A DNA stretch of 64,000 bases from Thermoanaerobacteraceae bacterium (GTDB lineage Bacteria > Bacillota > Thermoanaerobacteria > Thermoanaerobacterales > UBA4877). A model generated the notes under the pieces. It did no database searches, had not been told where the DNA came from, and saw only the letters and a list, made by a program, of their open reading frames with translations. Position 1 is the first letter of the stretch; every line of letters begins with the position of its first letter. Shown one piece after another: positions 56,946 to 64,000 of the stretch. The stretch spans positions 8,520 through 72,519 of the forward strand of contig JASEJQ010000003.1 in NCBI GenBank assembly GCA_030016635.1. The letters run 5' to 3'. The position numbers and the translations under genes were made by a program.

Positions 56946-58115
56946 TCAACTACCCATAGAGGATGCTAATTTAACCTTAAGGTTCATATTTTTGCCATTT
57001 CTCACTATTGTGACTGTGATTGTATCCCCTACCTTGTGCTGGTATATAATCTGCTGCAGTTCATCCAGTTTTGTCACCTTCTTGTTATCCACTGTTGTTA
57101 TGACATCACCCGGCATAATGCCTGCGGCTTCAGCCGGTCCACCCGGCTGCACCTGTGCTACATAAAGCCCTACAGGTATGTTGTATGTCTTGGCATCATC
57201 CTCACTTATCTCCTGCACCGCCACGCCCATCATGGGTCTTTCAACGTACCCATTCTTTATCAGCTGGTCTATTATCGGCCTGGCCGTGTTTATAGGTATT
57301 GCAAATCCCATACCTTCCACAGGTGTGCCTGATGTGCCAAACCCGAATATATCAAAAAAATCACTGCTGCCGCCTGTTGATACTAGTTTTGCGCTGGTTA
57401 TACCTATGACCTCACCCCTGCTGTTTACCAGAGGCCCTCCACTGTTGCCGGGGTTTATGGCTGCATCGGTCTGTATGAGCTTGAGGTTTGTATCGCCCAC
57501 ATTCAGTGTCCTGTTAAGACCGCTTATTATACCAGCCGTAACCGTTCCTGAGTACTGTTCGCCCAGGGGATTCCCTATTGCAATGGCCAGCTCGCCCACC
57601 TTTATCTTATCTGAATCCCCAAGTGTGGCCACAGGAAGGTTTGGCTCGTCTATCTTCAGGACCGCCAGGTCTGTCTTTGGGTCAGTGCCTATGAGTTTCG
57701 CCACTACCTTCTTCCCATTGTTAAGCCCTACCTCAATCCTCCTGGCACCTTCCACAACATGATTGTTTGTTACTATATACCCGTTCTTGTCAAATATGAC
57801 GCCGCTGCCGCTTCCCCGTTCCATATATCTTATCTGAAAGTTATTATTTACAGGGGCCATGTTGCTTACGCTGACCACCGCCGGACTGACCTTCTCCGCA
57901 ACGCTGGATATGAGGCTGGAAAAGTTGTCCTGTGGTATGGTCACTTCTGGTGCTGCCATGGCCGAGTCGTAGTTTCTTGGGACTGCATATGTCACAATAA
58001 GGCCTCCCAGCATGGCAGACACTATGGCAACCACCACAATGACAGCCCAGGGAAATCTGTCTTTCCTTTTTGTTTCGCTGTCAATCACCTGGAATATATC
58101 ATCCTTATTATCCAT
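56946..58115 (-). CDS. htrA: HtrA/DegP-family serine protease with PDZ domain
   Basis: N-terminal TM anchor, catalytic TNNHV / DLAVLK / GNSGGPL triad context, and a C-terminal PDZ domain. Confidence 0.9.
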   Translation of the reverse strand: MDNKDDIFQVIDSETKRKDRFPWAVIVVVAIVSAMLGGLIVTYAVPRNYDSAMAAPEVTIPQDNFSSLISSVAEKVSPAVVSVSNMAPVNNNFQIRYMERGSGSGVIFDKNGYIVTNNHVVEGARRIEVGLNNGKKVVAKLIGTDPKTDLAVLKIDEPNLPVATLGDSDKIKVGELAIAIGNPLGEQYSGTVTAGIISGLNRTLNVGDTNLKLIQTDAAINPGNSGGPLVNSRGEVIGITSAKLVSTGGSSDFFDIFGFGTSGTPVEGMGFAIPINTARPIIDQLIKNGYVERPMMGVAVQEISEDDAKTYNIPVGLYVAQVQPGGPAEAAGIMPGDVITTVDNKKVTKLDELQQIIYQHKVGDTITVTIVRNGKNMNLKVKLASSMGS

Positions 58116-58251
58116 TATATCACCTCCGAAATTTTTAATAGAGGAGGGGGCAAAGCCCCCAGGGGGATAGCATAGTGTGACCTACGCTTCAATTATTATT
58201 TTAGCAGTTAATTTTTAAGAATCTGTGAACAAAATATTAAATAAATGTAAC

Positions 58252-58280
58252 AAAAAAGGGGGTAGGAAAGATTACCCCTT
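58252..58280 (-). terminator. Terminator of bcd-etfBA
   Basis: Minus strand AAGGGGTA-atctttcc-TACCCCCTT followed by TTTTTTG. The stop codon lies in the stem. Confidence 0.7.
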
Positions 58281-59252
58281 AATCATACTTAACAGTGCAG
58301 GTAATATTTCTTTATAATCTGCCACTATCCTTATATCAGCCACATCAAATATGGGTGCATTTTCGTCCTTATTTATGGCAATCACCAGACCAGAGTCCTT
58401 CATGCCTGTAATGTGATGCGATGAGCCAGAGACTGCAATGCCTATATATACCTTAGGCTTTATTGTCTTTCCACTGGTGCCCACCATGTGCGCCTCATCT
58501 GACCAGCCCTTATCCACTATGGGCCTGGTGCAGCCCAGGGCACCATTTAGTAGTCTTGATAATTCCTTTAAATTTTCCCAGTCTTCCCTTGTTTCTATGC
58601 CGCCTCCGCCTACAACCACGACCTCTGCGTCCTCTAAGGGCATCCCCTCCGGCTTTACCTCTTCAAACCCCAGAGGTGTAACCCTTGGGGCAATATAGTC
58701 CAGCTCTGAGGTGTCCAGATGGACAATGCTTCCATTCCTCAAATTTTCCTTAAGTTCAAAGGTGCCCGGTCTTACTGTGGACATCTGCGGGCGGCTGTGG
58801 GGTGTCAGTATCTCCGCCGCTACCCTACTGCCAAAGGATGGCACCACCTGGACAAGGTTCCCGGCATGGTCAATCTTATAGTCTATCACATGGGCGGCCA
58901 GGCCGGTTTTGAGGTAGGCCGCCACCTCAGGCGCAAACATAGACCCCATAGCAGTGGCACCTATAATGAAGGCATATGGTTTTATGTTTTCTACAAGGCT
59001 CACGGCCATTCTGGAAAAATAAGCACCGGTATAGTATCGAAAGCTTTCATCTATGCCGGCATATACACGGTCAGCACCGTATTTAAAGAGCATATCAAAA
59101 CCATCGGCTCTATCCGTAAGTACCATGGCATAAAGGCCACCACTCATCTCATCGGCCAGGCCCCTTGCCTTAGATAGTATCTCCAGGCCGACCTTGAGGG
59201 GATGCCCATCCTTGAATTCTGTAAATACCAGTATATCTTCGTGATCCCTCAT
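58272..59252 (-). CDS. etfA: Electron transfer flavoprotein alpha subunit
   Basis: 326 aa with the C-terminal FAD-binding region PKVYIGIAVSGSSHHITGMKDSGLVIAINKD. Confidence 0.9.
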   Translation of the reverse strand: MRDHEDILVFTEFKDGHPLKVGLEILSKARGLADEMSGGLYAMVLTDRADGFDMLFKYGADRVYAGIDESFRYYTGAYFSRMAVSLVENIKPYAFIIGATAMGSMFAPEVAAYLKTGLAAHVIDYKIDHAGNLVQVVPSFGSRVAAEILTPHSRPQMSTVRPGTFELKENLRNGSIVHLDTSELDYIAPRVTPLGFEEVKPEGMPLEDAEVVVVGGGGIETREDWENLKELSRLLNGALGCTRPIVDKGWSDEAHMVGTSGKTIKPKVYIGIAVSGSSHHITGMKDSGLVIAINKDENAPIFDVADIRIVADYKEILPALLSMIKG

Positions 59253-60052
59253 ATCATCCCCTCCTTTATTACCCCGGCTTTTCTGAGTCCCTCTATTATC
59301 CCTTCTGCTATCTCCCCAGGACTGCCTGTGATGGTCTCGCCCTTTCTGCCTATATCCGGCACCACAATCCTGCCTGCCCTCGTGGGCGACCCATTAAGGC
59401 CAATCCTGTCAAGGTCAACGGAAATGTCACCTACCCTGATTATAGAGACCTTTTTGCTCTTCGCTGCCATAATCCCTTTAATCCCTATATATCGTGGAGT
59501 ATTTATCCCTCTCTTTACTGCAAAGACAACGGGAGGGGTTACCTCATACTCAACCCTTCCCTCCTCAACGTCGCACCAGACTCTAAAGCTCTCACCATAT
59601 TCCATCCTTATAATGCCTGCAAGAGAGGGCATGGACAGCCACACCCCCACCTGAGGCGGCACCTGGCTGGTAGAGCCATCTGCACTCTCATTGCCAGCCA
59701 GAATAATATCAAATGGCCCAAACTGCTCAATGGCTTTGGCAAGGGTATAGGATGTGGCCAAGGTGTCTGCCCCTGCAAAGGCCCTGTCAGATAAGAGGTA
59801 TGCCTCATCGGCGCCCATGGCCAGGCCGTCCTTCAAAATACCCCCAGCATCATCGGGGGCCATGGAGAATATGACCACCTCTCCGCCCATCTTCTCCTTT
59901 ATCCTTATAGCCTCCTCCAGGGCATGCCTGTCAGTGGGGTTCATCACCACTGGTATACCAGCCCTGGTGAGTATCCCCCTCACTGGGTCAATGCTTATCC
60001 TGTTGTAGTATTCCGGGTCAGGTACCGGTTTTACCAGACAAGCTATCCTCAA
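59249..60052 (-). CDS. etfB: Electron transfer flavoprotein beta subunit
   Basis: 267 aa starting MRIACLVKPVPD. Overlaps etfA by 4 nt. Confidence 0.9.
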   Translation of the reverse strand: MRIACLVKPVPDPEYYNRISIDPVRGILTRAGIPVVMNPTDRHALEEAIRIKEKMGGEVVIFSMAPDDAGGILKDGLAMGADEAYLLSDRAFAGADTLATSYTLAKAIEQFGPFDIILAGNESADGSTSQVPPQVGVWLSMPSLAGIIRMEYGESFRVWCDVEEGRVEYEVTPPVVFAVKRGINTPRYIGIKGIMAAKSKKVSIIRVGDISVDLDRIGLNGSPTRAGRIVVPDIGRKGETITGSPGEIAEGIIEGLRKAGVIKEGMI

Positions 60053-60062
60053 CTATATCACC

Positions 60063-61211
60063 TCAGAAGTTTTTTATTGTGTCCCCACCAATCACTATCT
60101 CCATAATCTGGGAAGTACCTCCAGCAGATATAGTAGACATGGCATCTCTCAAATACCTGCCCACAGGATACTGGTTTATCACACCATATCCGCCCATAAG
60201 CTCTATTGTCCTTTGAGCAGCCTTGACCGCTGCTTCAGTGTTATGAAGTTTTGCCATGGAGCTCTCTACATCACAGCGTACGCCTTCGTCCTTAAGGGTG
60301 GTTGCCCTGTAGGTGAGAAGCTTACCTATCTCATAGTACATCCTGTTCTCTGCTATCATGAACTGAATGGCCTGCAGGTTTGTAAGGGGCTTCCCATAGA
60401 GCTCCCTTTCCTTTGCAAATTTTAGTCCCTCCTCAAGACAACCCCTGATTATCCCCAAACCAATAGCCGACATGCCCGACCTTCCCACCTCACCAATGGT
60501 AGCTAAGACTATTTTCTGTCCCTCTCCTCTACCACCAAGCACTGCTTCTTCGCCAACCTTAAGGTCAGTAATATTAAGGTCTCCAGTAGAAGATGACCTG
60601 AGGCCCAATTTATCCTCCTTATGGCCAATACCAAAGCCCGGTGTCTCTTTTTTTACAATAAAGGCGGTAAGTTCTGGCCTGCCCTTCTCATTCACCCCTG
60701 TCTTAGTCAGCAGCAAGGTGACATCAGCTATGTCGTAATTAGTGATGAAGCACTTTTTGCCGTTTATTACCCATTTGCCGTCTTTAAACTCTGCTGTTGT
60801 CTGTTGATTGACAAGGTCTGAGCCTCCAGAAGGTTCTGTGCTGGCCAGGCCGCCTATATATTCCCCGGTGGCCAGCTTTGGCAGATATTTTTTCTTTTGC
60901 TCCTCAGTACCATAATTCAGGATAGGTGCTACCACTAAGGAGTGGGTCATAACCGCTATACCCAGACCAGCAGAATAACGGGATACCTCCTCAATTATGA
61001 CAGCCCTGGCTGTATATCCCATGCCTGTCCCACCGTACTCCTCAGGCACTATCGTCCCTAAAAATCCCAGCTCACCCATCTCTTTTATCACTTCTACGGG
61101 GCAATAGTCCTTCTCGTCCCACTCTGCAGCATGAGGGGCTATCTCCTTTTCTGCAAACTCCCTTACTGCCCTCCTCAGCATCTCCTGTTCCTCAGAAAAT
61201 TTAAAATCCAT
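60063..61211 (-). CDS. bcd: Acyl-CoA dehydrogenase (butyryl-CoA dehydrogenase type)
   Basis: Start moved to MDFKFSEEQEMLRR (GGAGGTG SD). Typical ACAD N/M/C domains. Followed by etfB and etfA. Confidence 0.9.
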   Translation of the reverse strand: MDFKFSEEQEMLRRAVREFAEKEIAPHAAEWDEKDYCPVEVIKEMGELGFLGTIVPEEYGGTGMGYTARAVIIEEVSRYSAGLGIAVMTHSLVVAPILNYGTEEQKKKYLPKLATGEYIGGLASTEPSGGSDLVNQQTTAEFKDGKWVINGKKCFITNYDIADVTLLLTKTGVNEKGRPELTAFIVKKETPGFGIGHKEDKLGLRSSSTGDLNITDLKVGEEAVLGGRGEGQKIVLATIGEVGRSGMSAIGLGIIRGCLEEGLKFAKERELYGKPLTNLQAIQFMIAENRMYYEIGKLLTYRATTLKDEGVRCDVESSMAKLHNTEAAVKAAQRTIELMGGYGVINQYPVGRYLRDAMSTISAGGTSQIMEIVIGGDTIKNF

Positions 61212-61238
61212 TTTTAAACACCTCCGGTTATTTATATA

Positions 61239-61253
61239 GCAAAAATCATGCCA
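61239..61253 (-). promoter_or_regulatory. Sigma-54 (-24/-12) promoter of bcd-etfBA
   Basis: The minus strand reads TGGCAT-GATTT-TTGC(TA), starting 2 nt after the histidine kinase stop codon and about 28 nt upstream of the bcd ATG. Confidence 0.8.
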
Positions 61254-61254
61254 A

Positions 61255-62664
61255 TTATACCGCTTTAAGTGTAAAGACAAACTCTGTACCCTCACTCACT
61301 TTACTCCTAACCTCTATGGCCTCGCCGTGCTGGTCTATTATAGACTTAACAATGGATAGGCCCAGGCCGCTGGATGTATCCGTCCTGGCCTTATCTCCCT
61401 TATAAAACCTTTCAAAAATATATGGCAGGTCCTCTTCCTTTATGCCAGCGCCATTATCCCTTACCGATACATATGCCTTGCCATCTCTTTTAAATGTCCT
61501 TATCCATATGGTGCCGCCCTCCCTACAATACTTTATGGCATTGTCCAGGAGGTTATACACCACCTGCTCCATCCTATCCCTATCGGCATATACCATCAGG
61601 TTATCATCCTCAAACTCAGGAATAAACTCTATATTTTTCTCATTGAGCCTGTACTCCAGCTTAATTACGGTCAGCCTTATGACCTCATTTATATCAAACT
61701 CCACCATGTTAAGAGATATCTGTCCAGACTGTATCTGGGTAAGGTCAAGGAGGTCATTTATCAGGGTTGTCAGCCTTCTGGACTCCTGCAGAACTACATT
61801 CAGATATTTTTCCCTGTCCTTCTCATCAATTGTCCCATCAAGGATTCCTGTTATATAACCCCTTATAGAGGTAAGGGGAGAACGCAGCTCATGGGAAACA
61901 TTGGCCACAAAGCTCCTCCTCATTTCCTCCAGGTTTCCCAAATCTCTGGCCATGAGATTTAATGCATGGGCCAGCTGTCCAATCTCGTCATCCCTTTTTT
62001 CATCAAGCTTCACATCAAAATTGCCAGAAGATATTTTGGTTGCGGCCTGGCTCATCTCCACCAGCGGTATGGAAATCTTTCTTCTTGACGCAAAGTATAT
62101 AAGGACAGCTGCAATAAACACAGAAATAATTGCAGAAATTATAACTAAGTGAAAGGCACCCATCATGGTGCGGTTTATGTTATATATGGGCGCATGCATG
62201 AATATGGCACCAGTTATACCATTTTCAGTTGTTATAGGTATACCAACCGTCAGCATAGGAGTAGAAAACCTGCCGCCAAAGTAACCTTTTTTAATCACGG
62301 TCTGCCCGTTCAAGACATTTCTTATCTCATCCTCTGTCAGCCTTATACCGCCAAATCTCTGCCCTATAGGACCTGTTTCTGTAAAAATTACACCCCTGGA
62401 GTCAACAACCCACACCCTGGCATCTGTTGTACGGTCAATGCTCTGCAGCTCGTAGGTGAGGACATCATTGCTTATTATATGCTTGCTGTAGTCATTTAAA
62501 AGCAGGTTTATTTCTCTTGCCCTGTCCAGGAGCATAGCCTCAGTCTCATTATAGAAATAGTTCTGTAAAAGCTGATAAAGCATTATGGATAATATGGCCA
62601 TGGTAATGAAAAGTATTACAGCATAAGTCCTTATAAGGTGATAAAATAACCTGCCCCGCTTCAT
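61255..62664 (-). CDS. Sensor histidine kinase (2 TM, HAMP, HisKA, HATPase_c)
   Basis: H-box SHELRSPLTSIRGY, N-box LLDNAIKY, G-boxes DNGAGI and GLGLSIV. Confidence 0.9.
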   Translation of the reverse strand: MKRGRLFYHLIRTYAVILFITMAILSIMLYQLLQNYFYNETEAMLLDRAREINLLLNDYSKHIISNDVLTYELQSIDRTTDARVWVVDSRGVIFTETGPIGQRFGGIRLTEDEIRNVLNGQTVIKKGYFGGRFSTPMLTVGIPITTENGITGAIFMHAPIYNINRTMMGAFHLVIISAIISVFIAAVLIYFASRRKISIPLVEMSQAATKISSGNFDVKLDEKRDDEIGQLAHALNLMARDLGNLEEMRRSFVANVSHELRSPLTSIRGYITGILDGTIDEKDREKYLNVVLQESRRLTTLINDLLDLTQIQSGQISLNMVEFDINEVIRLTVIKLEYRLNEKNIEFIPEFEDDNLMVYADRDRMEQVVYNLLDNAIKYCREGGTIWIRTFKRDGKAYVSVRDNGAGIKEEDLPYIFERFYKGDKARTDTSSGLGLSIVKSIIDQHGEAIEVRSKVSEGTEFVFTLKAV

Positions 62665-63332
62665 GATTTCACCTCAAATTTATACCCCACACCCCATACG
62701 GTTTTCAGAGCATACGCTTTTGTATCTGGTATCTTCTCTCTGAGTCTTTTTATATGGACATCCACTGTCCTGGAATCCCCGTAAAACTCATAGCCCCACA
62801 CGATATCCATGAGCTGTTCTCTGGTAAACACCTGGTTGGGATGGGTGGCAAGAAAATGTAAAAGCTCCAGCTCCTTGGGAGCGACCTTAACCTCTTCGCC
62901 ATCTACCAGTAATCTGTATTGAGTCTTATTTACTGTAAGTCCAGGATAGGATACCACCTCTTCTGACACCTTCGGCTCATATCTCCTCAAGACAGCCTTT
63001 ACCCTGGCCACCAGTTCCTTGGGCTCAAAGGGTTTTACTATATAATCGTCGGCGCCGGTCTCCAAACCCATGGCCTTATCCAGCGTCTCTCCCTTAGCTG
63101 TGAGCATGATTATAGGCACATCTGAAATCCTTCTCACTTCTCTGCAAAAGGACATACCATCAAGGCCAGGCAGCATCAGGTCCAGTATAATGAGATCGGG
63201 CATGGCAGCCTCAAAATCCCTCAATGCCTCCGACCCATCTACCTCTTTTATTATCTCAAACCCTTCCTTTTCCAGATATATAGACACCAGTTCCAGTATA
63301 TTCTTGTCGTCATCCACCACCATGACCTTCAT
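62661..63332 (-). CDS. OmpR/PhoB-family response regulator
   Basis: Start moved to MKVMVVDDDKNILELV. Receiver domain plus winged-helix trans_reg_C (TVWGVGYKF). The longer track ORF is read-through of repeat copy F. Confidence 0.9.
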   Translation of the reverse strand: MKVMVVDDDKNILELVSIYLEKEGFEIIKEVDGSEALRDFEAAMPDLIILDLMLPGLDGMSFCREVRRISDVPIIMLTAKGETLDKAMGLETGADDYIVKPFEPKELVARVKAVLRRYEPKVSEEVVSYPGLTVNKTQYRLLVDGEEVKVAPKELELLHFLATHPNQVFTREQLMDIVWGYEFYGDSRTVDVHIKRLREKIPDTKAYALKTVWGVGYKFEVKS

Positions 63333-63380
63333 TCCATTTCCCCCCGCCTTCTGCTTCATAGATATGATTATTTTGCTAAA

Positions 63381-63702
63381 CTTACTTAAGCGTGGCATAT
63401 AACACCCTGTGACACAGATAGCGTCTTTGTGAACCAGGAAGCTCAAACTCTCCACATGGCATATAACATCCTCGCACCTGGGCGTTCGTCTTGATGCAAC
63501 AAGGTCAAGGGACACTCCTCTACTTCGATGAGGGGCTATGCAGATGAGAAATGTCCCTATTCCACTCGCTGTCTGCATTTCGCCGGGTACGCCTCCATGC
63601 GGCGTCCATGCCTACGGTTCGTCTCCATTTGCCACTCATCAAGAGTATCATAGACTCACTTTAAGAATGCCTTTGGATGTTATATGCCACACTCCAGTAA
63701 AG
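63381..63702 (+). repeat. Structured intergenic repeat, copy F (composite: extra inverted arm, about 70-nt internal insertion, truncated core)
   Basis: The outer ~27-nt arms CTTACTTAAGCGTGGCATATAACACCC (63381-63407) and GGATGTTATATGCCACACTCCAGTAAAG (63675-63702) are inverted repeats. A second TGGCATATAACATCC lies at 63467-63481. The core starts at 63582 (GCCGGGTACGCCTCCATGCGGCGTCCATGCC) but lacks the closing CCCGGC. Confidence 0.75.
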
Positions 63703-63726
63703 ATTATTCAATAGGACTTATCCTTA

Positions 63727-63750
63727 TAAAAAAGGCGGCATAATGCCACC
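63727..63750 (-). terminator. Rho-independent terminator of prs
   Basis: Minus strand GGTGGCA-tta-TGCCGCC followed by TTTTTTAT. Confidence 0.75.
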
Positions 63751-63757
63751 CTCTCAC

Positions 63758-64000
63758 TCAGTTAAATAATGTACTCACAGATAAATGCTCATATATCCTC
63801 CTTATGGCCTCGGCAAACAGCGGGGCTACGCTTACAGTCTGTATCTTGGATATATGCTTGTCCTTTGACATAGGTATGGTATCTGTGATAAGAATCTCCT
63901 TTATAGGCGATTTATCCAGCCTATCTATGGCCGGACCAGAAAGCACTGCATGGGTGCAGCAGGCATAGACCTCACTGGCACCTTTATCCATCAGAGCTTG
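63758..64000 (-). CDS. prs: Ribose-phosphate diphosphokinase, C-terminal part (gene continues beyond window end)
   Basis: C-terminal sequence ...VYACCTHAVLSGPAIDRLDKSPIKEILITDTIP...VSVAPLFAEAIRRIYEHLSVSTLF is typical of PRPP synthetase. Confidence 0.9.
   Translation of the reverse strand, partial: QALMDKGASEVYACCTHAVLSGPAIDRLDKSPIKEILITDTIPMSKDKHISKIQTVSVAPLFAEAIRRIYEHLSVSTLFN

Noticed and set aside
63498-63567. Possible hammerhead-like ribozyme in the copy F insertion (CGATGAGG...CAGATGAGAAA).
   Set aside because: There is no exact CUGAUGA box with a correctly placed GAAA and three flanking helices. The resemblance is limited to short strings.
62661-63578. N-terminal extensions in the ORF track for the response regulator (to 63578), pth (to 48991), bcd (to 61295), the MutS-like gene (to 9272), the 9161 ORF (to 10039), arcA (to 19601), kbl (to 30946), the LysM protein (to 35750) and veg (to 36097).
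   Set aside because: In each case an internal start with a proper SD gives the family-typical N-terminus. The extension overlaps an upstream gene, a repeat copy or a promoter, so the shorter coordinates are used.
1-64000. CRISPR arrays, tRNA/rRNA genes, prophage, restriction-modification, toxin-antitoxin or other defence cassettes.
   Set aside because: All intergenic regions longer than 150 nt were read. These are 4619-4851, 7194-7577, 12284-12451, 15935-16189, 19602-19924, 24466-24646, 29337-29728, 30947-31182, 32224-32391, 40171-40454, 41616-41772, 48878-49425, 52063-52211, 56725-56945, 58116-58271 and 63333-63757. None shows regularly spaced direct repeats or tRNA-like cloverleaf sequence, and every sizeable ORF has a metabolic, housekeeping or sporulation assignment.

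Overview
This is a 64-kb chromosomal segment of an anaerobic, endospore-forming Firmicute with Clostridia-like gene content; the species cannot be determined by eye. It holds about 55 densely packed protein genes. All well-supported genes are on the minus strand except three: the OppA-like gene at 24647-26293, spoVT and folT. (i) A housekeeping and sporulation backbone resembles the Bacillus yabG-veg-ispE / prs-pth-mfd-spoVT region: yabG, veg, ispE, spoIIR, sleB-ypeB, a SASP, spoVT, a prsA-like gene, mfd, pth, prs, argS and ddl. (ii) Amino-acid catabolism genes include lysine fermentation (kdd-kamA-two accessory genes-kamD-kamE), the arginine deiminase pathway (arcABC), tdh-kbl, bcd-etfBA, and a CoA-transferase/thiolase/MaoC/GntP operon. 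(iii) Three sigma-54 enhancer-binding proteins (EBPs) and four consensus -24/-12 promoters tie several of these modules together. (iv) Other content is a MacAB-like efflux system, three orphan 548-aa OppA-like binding proteins, an isoaspartyl dipeptidase, a THF riboswitch-folT unit, a two-component system and an HtrA protease. The most unusual unexplained signal is a family of 220-350-bp intergenic repeats, present as six copies plus one fragment. These repeats have a GC-rich hairpin core showing compensatory changes, long imperfect inverted arms and flanking direct repeats, and they sit at gene 3' ends and inside operons. I saw no rRNA, tRNA or CRISPR array.
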